Below are positions 48,949 to 63,077 of a stretch of 64,000 nucleotides of DNA, piece by piece. This stretch comes from Antedon mediterranea (lineage: Eukaryota; Animalia; Echinodermata): NCBI RefSeq assembly GCF_964355755.1, contig NC_092676.1, forward strand, positions 29,096,871 through 29,160,870, in the 5' to 3' direction. Every line of letters begins with the position of its first letter. The first letter of the stretch is position 1. The position numbers and the translations under genes are program-made. Below the pieces are notes generated by a model. That model did no database searches. It worked only from the letters and a program-made list of their open reading frames with translations, and was not told the DNA's origin.

Positions 48949-49444
48949 TATGCAATAAGTTTGTGCTTAAAACCTATAAAGAGTCCCAGAAGCCAAAGAG
49001 CAGTGTCTATACTTGTTTGTATTGTAGGCTGAGCTCAAAACAGTCAGTGGTTTTGTTTCTTGCTTACTGTACCTTGCACAAGAATACTAATTGCAAAACT
49101 GCACTACGTAATACCTTTTTCGTTTATGAAATAGCCGTGAACCTTGCGCCTTCCTTATCATACCAGCAGTTGTTTTAGTCAGAAATTCCCGAAATCATTG
49201 TTTATAATAATTGTTGAGTGTGAAATTTTATTTAGTGATTTCCCTGGTATTATATTTTTACCGATTGGTGGCGCTATTCAGATTTTGCAGTTCGTGTCAT
49301 GCGCGTGTGTGAAATAACCGGTGGCGGCGACGACGCGAGAGAAAGAGGAACGAGGAAAATGGATGTTTAGATAATTTTGCCAAGAAACACTTAATTTTGA
49401 TCCATGATTTTTTTTGATCAGCAGTTGATTCGGGCTTAGTTGAC
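48949..49444. promoter_or_regulatory. Probable bidirectional promoter between ADA2 and CECR2
   Basis: Only 496 bp separate the divergent start codons. There is a CpG-richer patch (~49260-49345) and an ATTGG (CCAAT box) at ~49264. Confidence 0.55.
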
Positions 49445-52400
49445 ATGGCTACCGATGCGAAAAAGGGTAGAGCCTCCTTGGTAGAAATACAAACTTGGTG
49501 GAAAGTCCCCTCGATTGCTCATTTTTGCTCTTTATTCAGAACAAAATTTGGGTTGCCAGATTTCGAGATTGAGGTGAGGAAGAGCGTTTGCATTTGTTCA
49601 GTGTGTGTTTAGATTGATTAGTATGCGAGCTTACAGGTCGGCCTAGGCCTAAAATTAACTCGAGCGTAGGCTATGACAATAACAAGAATGGCATGAAAAG
49701 CGCCTCTACATCGTACATCCTACTCAAACTCACAATTGTTTATTTATTATTATATTACGCATATACAATTTTGTTGAATATGAGAGATACGCACTTTATT
49801 TATTGAGTATTTTATAATTTAGATAAATATTTAAAAGAAGAACATTTTTAGAAAAAAGTTATTAAACTAGGCCTAGGTAGGCTATTATTATTAGTATCCA
49901 GTCTCCTACCTGCTGCTGCTGGTTCATTGTTGATGAGGCCCATCCGCATGAAAGAATATAACAAACAGTGTAGTTGTACATTTAATTTTAAAAACGTATG
50001 ACAATTTCATCTCTGTGGATGAGGCACCTAAAAACATCACGATCGATCCTTTTTTGAGAATGTATTTTTTTGATTGGTAGGAATTGGAGGAGGCTTTGAT
50101 TACGGATACCGAAGAAGATCCTAGCTATTTTCTCAAGAATCTCCTAGCAAGAATTCTCTTTGGCTGCTATGGCAAAAGAGACATTGGGTAAGAAATAAAC
50201 AATAATATTTATTACAGTATAAATTTGTATTGAGCCTCTTTTCTCTATTTATCAAGCAATGATCTATATGTCATATTTGTATTGATGCTTCATGAGCTTA
50301 AGAATCGAGAAAGAGAAATTTATGAGAGGACTACTGTACCTCAAAGATGGAGTAACTGGAAATACACACTCATCATCATCATCTCCCTATACTGTGCAGA
50401 ACCTTTTTTTAGTATAGTCGCACACTATTAGCTACTGTAATATTAATTCAAAATCTTATTTTTCAGTGTCACAACATACGATAGGTACCTGCGTGACATA
50501 ATGAAGAATCGTTGGGAAATAGAGGAGTCACGAGTGAATCCATTAAACATCGAAGACACAACATATCACTCTTTGCCAACACTTAGCAAAGTTGAAGTGT
50601 TACACAGCTTGTGTGACTATAGACTTGATGCTGAAGATGTGTCAGAATTGTTAAAGGTTCGTCAAGAACAATTACTAATCCAAAATCAACAAAAAAAACA
50701 AAATCAGTGGCGTAACAGCTTTGACACTGACAGCTTTGTGCACAAACCCAAGGGCCCCAGATCATAAACAGCCCACTGCAACTACCCACTGAGTGTTAGA
50801 GGGCCCTTAGGAGTACTAAACCAGGGGCCTATGCCTCTTGTGTTCTGCCACTGAACAAAATTCTTAGATTTTTATCAAATTGTATACAGGTACAATGTGG
50901 AGATCTATAAACATCTTTTACATATCATGGATGTATTTTGTTAATTTGTATTTTGTATGTGCATGGCCCCAGGGAAGAATAGCTATGTGTATCTGGGCCT
51001 CTGTGGGTGAATAAAGTTGAACTTGAAAATCATATACTGTAGAACAAGATTATTATTATTATTAAACACAAAAACAGGTGGGTGTACATAGACATTTTTG
51101 AGTAATTATTTTGACATACTGGACATAGTAAAATTATACTGTACTTCTTTAATTCAGGGTACAATTGCTGAGCATATGAGAATCGAACCACTTGGATCTG
51201 ATAGTGAAGGGGCAAAGTATTGGTACTTTTATGGAACACGGTTGTACAAAGAAGCAAAGAAACTTACAAAATCAGAAAAAGATGAATTAAGAAAAAAGAG
51301 GTTAGAAAGAAAATGTTACATCATTTATTAAGAAAGGTTTTTCTGCTGTCCCATTTGGTGGAAAAAATACATTATTTTACAGTATGAACAAACAAATTCT
51401 CCTTAAATTTAGTGCATATTGCAACTCAATCTAAATAGGAGTGGCATTTGATAGCAAAGTAACAATTATTTTTATCAGTATATCATATCATGTTTTATCA
51501 GTGTCACATCATCACAGTGATCAAAACAGTTTTGTTTAAATATATCAACCAATTTTAGGGAAAAAGAAAAACGTAAGAGGAGAAGAGAAAAGGCAAAAGA
51601 AAGAGCAAAAGAAAAGGATAAACTAAAAATGATAAAAATGGTGAAGAAAAATGCTGACCACCAGGCAGCGGCCGAGGACAGTCAAAACGACAGTTGCACT
51701 GAAGAGCAGGGTCAGGAGACACCGACCACAAGCACAACGGTGTCTAGCGAAAGTGATAGTGATGATGATTTGGAGCCTCCACGATGGCATATAGTCTGCA
51801 ACACCATGGAAGATTGGGAAGAACTTGCTACTAAGTTTAAGAAGACAAAAAGTAAAAATGAGAAAGAGTTGTATCGGGCACTGGCTAATGATTTCTTACC
51901 AGTAATGGTTGATCTGTACAATCAAAAGGTATTAGTTTTCTCACTAGCCCACTGTGCCAGTTTTTATATTTTATATATATTTTACTAAACCTTCATGGTA
52001 TTTTACTGTCTTGAATTAACATTACAAACTACACATTCATAACAGTTAGGTGTAGATGTTCTATTGTTAAATGAACCTAGGTTTATTAATGGTACTCTAG
52101 CCCATTGGGAATAAGAAGATTTAATAGTAACTGGTAAAGCTCTGTCTACACTATCAAACTAGTTTGACAAAAAAAGTGTGGTGTTCTTAAATAGGGTAGT
52201 GATATTCTCAAATATGGTATGGTATATGGGCACATCAAATGCTTGTTGTGTCTAAATCTTTAAACATGTTGTGTTTTACAGGAGAAAGCTTTACGGAAGA
52301 AACTGCTGGAAATGGCCCCAAGGAGAACTTCTGGACGAATACAAGAAAAAAAGCAAAATGTGGTTGAGGTAATTAAAAAAAAACGATACACTACTATTAA

Positions 52401-55400
52401 TTAAAGATGCTTTTTGGCGTAACCTGTTTTGGTATTTTGAGGTGTCGTGTTTTCTAGAACTTGCTTCTTATTTTGATGTACCGTAACTATAGCTTGTTAA
52501 GCCTCTTAATCTATTTCTTTTTTTAGTGCTTTTTCAAATCTATATTATTATTATTACAAACAAATTGTATAAAACACATTTTTGTTGACATAATACATAA
52601 AGCAACTGATAGCATCGTATAATTTTTACTTACGACTTTAGGATGAATATGAAGAGTTTATTATTGGAGAAGAAAATGAAGAAGAAGAAGAAGATAAATT
52701 CGCCACTAATGAACGTCGACAAAGAAATCGACAATATCGTAAAGAAATGCAAGAATTCGAAGAACAAGAAGCGATAAAAAGGAAGGAAGAAGAAGAGGAA
52801 AGGGCTAAACTTGCAAAAGAAGGTAAATTAAAGATACTGAACTATGGTGCTTTAGTACAAGTGAATTTCAATACTACATATTTTCAGCACAAGAAGCTAT
52901 GTGAATATCTGTGGTTTTAGATTTTTAAAATCTGTGTGTCATCACTGTACATTATTTGTGTTTTTAACCATCAGGAAACCAAATGTTTGCCTATATTTTG
53001 TTCATGAGAAAGAATTGCCTTATCTTTTTAGATCGAGCTAGACGTGTCCAGCTGCGAGAGGAAAGAGCCCAACTAATAGCCGAAGGGAAACCAATACCAC
53101 GAGAACTTAAGAACCCAAGTCCTGTTCCTATATCGTCAAGACCAAAGAGAGCAAAAAAAATGTTGAAAAGTTCATGTGAACAAAATCGAGATGAGGAATT
53201 TGATGCTCTGTATATAAGTATGCATAAAGGTATGTAGGGTAGGATCTTTCACACCTGTTTTGGCATGGGGCTATGCGCCAATCGATATGCATGTAGCCGT
53301 GTGGAAATAAAACATTGATGTTTGATTTGCCGGCGCCGGAAGAAGTGTGAAAGACTCTTTAATTCTGCATAAATATACTGTGCTTAAATCAAATATCCTA
53401 TCTACTGATGAGTGGCCTTCTATACCCCTTCTCCTTATCTCTAGTTATATACTCTTAGGCCGTGTTTCCGCAACCAAAACAAAACAAATTTTTTAACCAA
53501 TCAAGTAATTAATTCAAAATAAAGTGTGCATGATCAGTCATTACCGAGCAACCAAGTACCAAATCTCAACATATTGTCCTTCAGGTCAAAGGTCAAAAAT
53601 TATTAAAATTATCAGATTTGAATGAGATAATTATCTGTTAATTTTTATCGGTTAATTAGCGATTAATTTTTAACACCTACATACCCAGCTTTTTATTTGT
53701 CAATGAGTTGGTGTTTCCTTTTAGACAAAATCAGAAACAAAATCAGATTATGTCTGAATAATCCATTGTTGGCTTAATTCTGTATGTCTTATCTTCATCT
53801 GTTATTTGGCTTAATCATGTGTGTCATTTATCTTCATTTATTTATTCATAGTTCTTGATGCTTTGAAACGTGACACTAATTCCTGGCCATTTCTTGAACC
53901 TGTAAGTGAAGAAGTTGCACCAAAATACTATGAATTCATTAAGAAACCAATGGACATCAGCACTATGGAACAGAACTTGGACAACAAGAAGTACCAAACT
54001 AAATTAGAGGTTAGTTATAGCAAGGAAATCTAACAACAGGATGCTAAGCTTGCCTTGTTAAGATAGAAACTTGTAACAGTCCTTTGATCTTACAATTGGC
54101 TGGGACAAATTCTTTGAAGTGGACCTATGGAGGCCTTCTAATGCAGAGCAGAGAAAGTGGTGGTTCTTCTTTTATTGAATGATTTTACATAACCTAAATT
54201 TGTTAATTTGTTTTATATCTCAGTTTGTTGATGATGTGCATCTGATGTTTGAAAACTGTGAGACATACAATGGAACTGAAAGTGGTAAGATTTTAAAATA
54301 AGAGATTGAAGAACAATCAGACAGATGATTTAATTCTCAATTATTTCAGGATTTTCTGTACAGACACAACTAAATGTATCCTTAAAATTTGACCCCAGGA
54401 CAGACATCACATCTACAGTAGCAAGATTATATGAGGTTGTGTTGCAGTGGCCATATTCATTGTTCATACTTAAGCTTGGTTCCCACTACGATGCAACTCA
54501 AGGACCTAGAAACAAAAGCCAGCCAGTTGACCAATGAATAATAAATATATAAATAATTTTTTTTAATTTAGGGAAGTATTATTCAAACTGGTACTTGTCA
54601 TTGGTAAACTCGCTTACATTGTGTCTACGCCCTGTAATTACGTCTTAGTGGGAACTAAGCTTTAGGCTAAAGGAAACAAAACCAACATTCTCTTGAGGGA
54701 AATCCTTAGTAATAAAGGAGCATATTTCTAGTGTAAAGACTTATACTATTCTAATGTGTTTTATTTTAGAATACACTGAGATGGCACAGGCTTTGGAAGT
54801 TGTATTTACCAGAATGATGTTAAAATGTTTTCCAGAGGATGACATGGATTTTTTAGAAGATGATTTTTTTATGAGTGAGCAGTGTAAACCAAGAAGATCG
54901 GGTCGCACTGTGAAGGATACGTTAGCTGATGATGAAAATGTGTTTGGTTCATTTCGTGAAGACGATAGCTCAGATGAAAACCAATCAGAAGATGATTGTT
55001 ATCATCCTACAAATAAAAAAATGAAAATGAATAGTCCAGTTTCAAAGCGCCCTCAACGAGTGCCACGTGTGAATTATACAGGAGACGATTTAAAGGATGA
55101 TTCGAAAGATGGCATGAGGAGGGTTCATGCGTTCAGAAATTTTTATAGTAATCGTGCAAGTTTTAATGCAGATCCAATGTATGGTGTAACTTGCAGTCAT
55201 ATGAGTGTTATGCGTGTGGTTGACGGTAAGATTATTGAAGAACGTGGACCAGCAGTCAGGCCAACAAGTCAGACGGCGTTGCCAGCAAAAGATGTTAAAA
55301 ACCTGAGCGATGATGGTGAAAATAAAGACAATGAAAAGCCTAGTACAGTTGGCATTCCCGTTCCAAGTAGCAGTGGCCTGGATGCTACTCAAGAAGATAC

Positions 55401-58400
55401 GGAATTAGTAAAGAAAGAAGACCCATTTAAGACTGACAAAACGCAAAACAATGAACAATTAAAAAGTGATGACAAAATAGTAAACAAAGTAAAGTCTGTA
55501 AGGAGAGGAAGAATCGCTAAAAAGGAAAAATCACCGAAAACAGTGGATACTGAGGATGGAATAAAAAACAATTTAAGCTCATTTATGAAACATCCGAAGG
55601 TACGATCCAAAAAGGAACGACTTAAGGAAGCAGAAACAGTACCTGTTGTGTCGTTACCACAAACCATCTTTACTCCTACCAGCGTCTCAAAAGCAGTGCC
55701 CGCTCTTCTTAGTAAAGGTAATCACCTGAAACAGGAAATGAAAATGATTGCTGTGGATGGTGGAAAAGTTAAAAATGAGGACAAACTACTCTCTACTAGT
55801 CTTTTTAAATACAATGGACCTAAGAGTCCTAAACAGATGAATGTGGATTTTGATAGAAACATGTCCCCAAGTCACAATATAAAGCATCGACAAAAATCAT
55901 CTCCAGGTCAAAGATTAAAAAGTTCCCCAGAAAAAGTCGCAGAGCTTGGTGTAAAAAAAGGTGTTAAGCAAAGATTGAAATCAACATTAAACTTTGATTC
56001 TACATTACAAAATCATTCCATTTCTGGTTCCACTAAAGTTAATTATGAATCTTCAGATGTCTCAACAATATTACCAATCAACTCAGATCAACTTAATTAT
56101 TCCAAAAACGAAGCTTTGCATCCGGTCGATGGTTCAGGAGATCAAATAAGAACATTCAGTTCAGGAAAACAAGAATCGCAAACAATGATTCAAGAACGTG
56201 CGTCAGTCATTACGTTCCTTCCAAATAGTGTTCCTCAAAGTGCTGGAGATGCTTCTAGTAGAAACATTGCTTCGGATTTAAAAATACAATTAGACAATCA
56301 AAAACAATCACCCAGTGCCACATGTTCACAATATAATGTGAAATATACACAAGAGGAAAATTCTAATGACAAGTCTGATAGAAGTGATCAAAAAGTTTGT
56401 AACGCAAAAACACTTGAAGCAAAAGGTACTAATGATATTTTACAATCCGATTCTGAAGAAATATACAATAAAACTGACACACCAAGCATTTCGTCAAATC
56501 AAGAACCCTTATTACCTATAGCATCAGGCCCTCATGGCCATACAGAAATGTATAAGCCACCAATTTTACAAGCAGAGATATCTAATACACTTCTCCCTAC
56601 TGACCAACAAATAGTTTACACTCCTCCAAATTTAGAAGCACAGATCTCTAACACACTGCTTCACAAACAAGAGGTTTATACTTCGCAGAATTTAGAAGCA
56701 CAGATCTCTAACACACTGCCCAACGCTGACCAACAAGAAGTTTGTGCACCACAGAATTTAGAGGCCCAGCCTCCCAAATCTAACCACCAAGAAGTTTACA
56801 CTCTGCCAATTTTGAAGGTTTCACCTTCCAGCTATAGCCAACAAGAAGTTTTTACTCCGTCAAATTTGGAGACTCCACCTTCGTCAAATTTGGAAGCCCC
56901 GCCTCCCAAATCCGACTACCAGGAGGTTTACCCTGCACCAAATTTGGAAGCTCAACCCTCCAACTCTGACCTGAAGGATTTAATTGATATAGATGCACTA
57001 CAAGAAAAGAATTCTAGGCCTGCACCTGTGAATCCTAGGCCTACGGCTTCACCAACACCATTATTGCCTTTGAATAGTAATAAGACTTTTAACACCACCT
57101 CACTGATGATGAATAGGGTGTTGCTTCCTAACAGCTTAACTATAAACCACATGGATTCACTACAGGCTCATAACAGCTTCAACCAGTTCAAGGGAATGCC
57201 GACAACCTACCAGCCAAGCCAACATGTTCACGGTGATCAGAGGTACCTACCACATGCCTCTGGGACCTTGCAGCATTCTACAGCTACATTACAACAACCT
57301 ATCACAATGGTACAAGGAGTTGACACTCAGAAAGCTGGGATCAGGCAACAGTACACTGCGCACCAATACCCACAAGCCACAACATCAAATCTATTACAGT
57401 TTTCAGATGCTATGCAGCCTTATCAGCAGCTCAGTCAGCCTTACGCAGATGCTAATCAACACCACCCTGGAACGCATTCCACTGTGGCAGGCCTACAGCA
57501 GCAGCAGAAGGCTCCACCAATCAATCCTGGGGCTAGCCACAGATCAGGCATGCCACAGCACACTCTCAGCTTGCCACAAAGCAGCATACACCAGCAGCCT
57601 GTTCTAAGCAATGTGCCAGTAGGGCAGAATCTACAGCAGCAATCTGCACCAGACCACAATTGGGACCACCGGCAACAATCTTATCAAACACAACCTGTTT
57701 TCCAGGTAAACTTTCCGCATGTATGTATCATTTTGTTTCTTTTTGTTTTAATTCCAACACGTTTATTTGTTTATATTTTGTTCCAGAATTTGATGTGGTA
57801 CTTGTAGTAATCTTGATTTTAACAATAATCTTGTTTTATATTTTATTTGATTGCTTTTCTCTATTATTTCCTTTAACCAATGCAAGTGGTTAATTTTGAT
57901 AATTTATAGTCTCTCTATGGTTGCATATTTTGAGTATTTTAAAATATATATATTTTTTTTGTAACAGGTGGTTTCTACTTGAGATTCCCCATTTCCATTC
58001 TTTCTTTTTTTTATCTTTTAATAGTTAAAGACACCTTCCCTACATTTTTTAGATCTATTTTAAGATCACAAACTATATTTAATCTAAAAATAATACTATA
58101 TGGTCCTATTGCGATAACTTTTTTCGTCTTTAAATGGTTAAAAATGTGAAAAATAGGTCGATACTAATAATTACAGCGGCCCGCTATAAATCCCAAAATG
58201 CATTGCGCGCGGATTGATATTTCTGTTTTTCTTCTGTTATTCACCCACTTTTCGATCGATCGTGAGGCCAAAACAAATGGAAGACTCCTAACTTTTCACC
58301 GAAAATACCGGGTTTTCCCCAATTTGTATCAACGGAGTCTGGCAAAAATAGAAAGACAATTAATGCAGCAACTATACAACGTCAGGCTAGGTATATAGCT

Positions 58401-58797
58401 AGCGTATGATGTTCGTACGTTACTTACCGATGTTTACCAGCTAGGCCTACAAAACTAAGCTAGGCCTAAAGACCGTCCACGAGAGGTCAGTCGCCGCGAG
58501 CTACCAAGGTAGTGCATTGTTTCTCACTTTTTATCATAATTTACCATAAAACGTACATTTAAGACAAGGAATGACCTGGTTTAATGTTTTTAAAGTAATA
58601 TATATATGTATTATTTTTAAAAAACGTCACAAATTGTAGGGAAGGTGTCTTTAATATTAAGATATTCTAAACTACTAACTTTCAATATTGTTTCCTCACA
58701 GGTTGGAGCTCAAGCAAATGTATCAATGCCACAAACTTACCAGATGTCTATACCAGGACACCCCTCATTACAGAATGGAAGCTACCCACCTACCTGA
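49445..58797 (+). CDS. CECR2: CECR2-like chromatin remodelling regulator (DDT/WHIM region, bromodomain, long disordered C-terminus)
   Basis: Exons 49445-49573, 50081-50187, 50467-50656, 51158-51300, 51559-51928, 52282-52368, 52642-52822, 53032-53229, 53852-54009, 54224-54284, 54770-57705, 58702-58797. Motifs: [63 protein letters not shown], and bromodomain [24 protein letters not shown]. Confidence 0.93.
58029..58650. mobile_element. 622-bp non-autonomous TTAA-specific DNA transposon (Kolobok-like ends) in the last CECR2 intron
   Basis: Perfect TIR AGACACCTTCCCTACA / TGTAGGGAAGGTGTCT with TTAA on both sides (58025-58028, 58651-58654). Confidence 0.88.
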
Positions 58798-60764
58798 ACA
58801 TGGTACATTCCAAGTGTTAATGTCAGCATTGCTTATAAACGGAATTAAATGAGTAAATTGTAGTTTTCTTATTTCCCTGATTCATTTCACAAAGTATTAA
58901 TGAAATAGTGTGAGAATCAAAAGGAGTTATAAGACCGTTTCAATCTATTGTGCTATCATCACTGCAAGATAAGGTTGTGAATATTTTAATGTAATATTAA
59001 TCTTTATGCCTTGTATTGTATCGTTAAATGTTTGATTTAGATAAAAATGTGAATTCCTTTTTATATCTATCTATAATCTAAATAGAATTGTTTTAAACAG
59101 TAAATTTTTTTATAGAGAATTGCTATGGGAATATTTTTTCTAGAAATAAAACTCTTTTTGTTGTTGCTACAGATTTTTTTCTTAATGTATTATGCGAGTC
59201 GGGCAAAAGCTGTATACAATATAACTGAAATGAGTTGGAATTAATTAAATAAAAGGTGTACTTTTGTTTTGTATGGGTCATGTGGATACTGTATCACCTA
59301 ATAGAGAGAAGTTTAGACGAGATGAATGCCGCTATATTAAGGAATATGGGAATTAATAGAATTCCCTATAGAATTTGTCAATTTTAATTCAATAGATTTC
59401 ATTTGAAAAATAACTTATGGTTGTACTCTATAATTGATTAATTCCAAATAATTGTTTTCTTAGATGAGAAAATGAATTGCTTTGAACTAAAGGTTCATGT
59501 AGAAATAAGGTTGCATATTTTTAACTTTTTAGTACAGTACGATGCTGATTGCTTAAAGATCTGTTTACACTATCAGACTTTATGTGATGTGCCCATATAC
59601 TGTATGGACATGATGATGTCATATCATTACCATATTTGGTAAATCACTACCATATTTGGGTACATGACACTTTTTTTTGTCAAACTAGTTTGACAGTATA
59701 GACAGAGCTTAATATTGTATGCTATTGAGATGGAAGGATGAATATAAATTTAAATGAATTCAGAATGTATTAAACAAGGGTGTGAAGAAGAACTGTCATA
59801 AATCGTATATCACTATTTTTCTAGAACAGTATTACAACCATCCTTCAAAGATAGATGAGATATCATTCTGAGAGAATCTAAATCTCTGTCTAGACTATCA
59901 AGTAGTTTGACAAAATAGTGTAGTGTTCCCATATATAGTAGTGATATGTCATCATGCCCATATATGGGCACATCACACAACTAGTTTGATTGTGTAGACA
60001 GAGCTAGATTATCAAACTAGTTTGATGTTCCAATAAGGTTTAGTAATGTTATTATGTTTATTTTTGTTATCTTCTTATCTTAAATTATATATTAAGTGTT
60101 AGGTAAGATTCACAAAAGAATCGAAAAATGATTATCAGACTCGAAATCTGCTAGTTCCAATTCTGTTGGTTAAAACCAACGATGGTATAACTATGGCAGG
60201 TGATGTTTAAATTAGAATAGTTGTAACCACTTAAGCTCTGTCTATCAAACTATGGTAGTTGACAAAAAAAGTGAAATGTTTAAATATGGTAGTAATATGA
60301 CATCATCATGTCCATATATGGCTTCATCACATTTGTTTGTCACATAAATTTGATAGTGTAAACAGAGCTTTAGATTTAATTCCTCCTTGTTCTAACACAG
60401 CAATTGACTCATGCGTTCACCCCCCCCCCCCCCCCCACCTAAGGTATTGTGTTGTGTATGGATTGTATTTTTTAGAATTTCAAATATACATGCATTGAAC
60501 ATTTTAATATTATAATATTGATCAAAAGGTCCTCATTTTGGGGTAATTAGCTATTTAAACAGGCCTCTAAGGAATGTTATACTATCTCACGTACGCTTGT
60601 AGTATGAGAAAAGATCGTGTATTTTTGTATATGACTAAGGAGGGTCGAAGTACCTGTGTGTATACGTCTGGAAATAAACAATATAAAAATATATATATTT
60701 TGTAGCCTGTTTTGTTTTTAATCGTCTGAATATTAGACTTGATGACTGACCGATTTAAACTTAG

Positions 60765-61375
60765 CAATCCTAACGATGGTAAAGGTGCCCTAGGCTGAGC
60801 TAAATCAATAAAATAAATGAAGCTCACGCCCTAAGACTAGAGCCGGTGTGTGCATCAACAATTGAGAACAACAAGGCCTAGAGATTTAACCTAGCACATT
60901 TAATAAACCTATATTTATGTTTCTCACTTTATAGGCTATACTAAAACTTGGAGCACATTGGCAAACCAACGATAGCAGAGAGTGGCCTATGCTAAAATCA
61001 ATAGAAGAAGATATTAAGATCACGCCCTAAACTAAGACTAGAGCCTGTCTAAGCAAGGAGTTAGTAACCATGTGTTACCAGTGAGCATCATGGTAACTTA
61101 GACCCAAAATTTGAAAACAACGAGGCCTGGAGATAACCTAGCTAATTTAATCAATCTATTGGATTTATGTTACATATTTTATAGGCCATACTAAAACTTA
61201 AGGCACATTGGCAAACCAACGATAGCAGAGAGTGGCCTAGGCTAAACCAATATAAGAAATTAAGATCACGCACTAAGAGCCTGTCTCAGTAGGCCCTAGG
61301 TCTAACCGTGACGTGAATGTGAGCGTTGAGAATTGAATTGAGAATGAGGCCTAGAGATTAACCCAGACATATTTA
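60765..61375. repeat. Degenerate ~250-bp tandem repeat (~2.5 units)
   Basis: GCACATTGGCAAACCAACGATAGCAGAGAGTGGCCTA occurs at ~60952 and ~61203; (G)ATCACGCCCTAA and AGGCCTAGAGAT motifs recur three times. Confidence 0.75.
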
Positions 61376-62690
61376 ATTATTAATTAACTAAATTTACCTT
61401 TGCATACATGTTCGCACTTCTTGATATATTAGTTTACAAGATGTATATAGATATATCTTCTGACAACCGTTATTATACGCACGTTTGTATCTTTCTTTCT
61501 GGGCTTACATTCAGTGTAATCCTCGCTCGTCAAAATTAAAAAGATCGTCAGACTTCCATACAATCCGGTTATGTGATTGGTCGAATGTCTAGGTTATGAG
61601 TTTTAGCGGGAATCTCGATAGTACGCGCTGACGTACACATGCCAATTTATTTGTAGGAATGCGTAAATGGAATGCCTCTAATCAAGATGAAGGGAGGGTG
61701 AGGAAGGCGAGATGCGCGCTGAAATATACAAGAACAATACAACAACGAGAGAATATTATAATTGCTCGGTTTTATTTCATTCAAATTTGATGTACCTAGT
61801 ACAAGAAGAACATAGGTTTTGTTAATACACATCTACTTTAAAACATCACATATGTAAAATGAAACGATCCATCAATGTAAAATGGACAAAAACAATATAA
61901 ATATATCATCACACGGTACGAAAGAGACACATAATTGTCGCGCACGTGCGTGTGTAAACGCTGATAATAATGATGCGTTTTTGTACGCGCGCGTCAACAT
62001 TGTGTCTTTTCGTGCGCGCGTTTAGTTGGTCTCTTAACAAATACAGTATTAACACATTTCAATTCTGTAATATTATTTCTCATTAAATATATTGGTAAAC
62101 GTTTTAATATGATCAGAGAAGAGTTAACTCTTCCCTGATATTATAAACATAAACACATTCTCAATATTTCTTTGCCAATTCACATCATATACTGTATTTT
62201 ATAAACGCCTATATTGTATATACATTCATACATATATAGTAAACACAAATAAATTAAATATTTAATATTTATTTAATACACTCTTTGTTTTAAAATGTTA
62301 TTTTTAATCCTAAATTTTCATCAAAAGGAATAGTAATTGCATTGCATTTTATGTAATTCATAAACAAAAAATTAATTCTATTTTTCAACAACCGTGCGTA
62401 TAGTAGACAAATGATATAGCATTGTAATTGCACATAAACTATTTAACACATATTAAATATCTATTTAATATTTTATACAATAATAAATGAATATAATAAT
62501 TATTTAATAAAGTATTTTTTCAAGTGGATTTACGCGTCACAGACTTTGGTATAAAATAACGTTTTTGTTAGATCATAAATCATCTTAAATATATAGCAAT
62601 AATAAAAATAATTCTGTAATTACATCTGTGTTCAGTACATTAAGATATTCTTATATAACGACTACATGGCCAAGAAATTAATTTACATTA

Positions 62691-63077
62691 GGGGTCTTTC
62701 GATTTGCGACGACGTAGGACCTACGACGTTATATTAAGCAGGATTCCCACTAGAAACGCACGAAAGGACGTACGCGCAACGCAAGCGAGTTGACCAATAA
62801 CAAGCCACTGTAATAATCCATCGCTTGTGATTGGTCAAATCACTTATACGTTGCGTCACGTCCTTGTGTTGCGTCGCTAGTGGGAAGCAAGCTTTAATCA
62901 TTTGTACGCAAGGTATGCGTTTGGTTTTGCAAATTTTGTTTGTAAGTCGTCAGACTTAATTTCTAAGTCCATGGGGCGACACTGATTCTGTATCACACAC
63001 ACATACGCATTCGAATCTGTTTCGAATGCACGGCGGCCGTAGTCGTAGTCATGGGTCGTCGCAAATCGAAAGCTCCC
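62691..63077. mobile_element. TA-flanked TIR element containing a nested family-B MITE (62737-62893)
   Basis: GGGGTCTTTCGATTTGCGACGAC ... GTCGTCGCAAATCGAAAGCTCCC inverted ends. Confidence 0.8.

Noticed and set aside
55090-57659. Antisense and alternate-frame ORFs over CECR2, ADA2, TWNK and the GPCRs
   Set aside because: They are shadow ORFs of real coding exons with no independent motifs.
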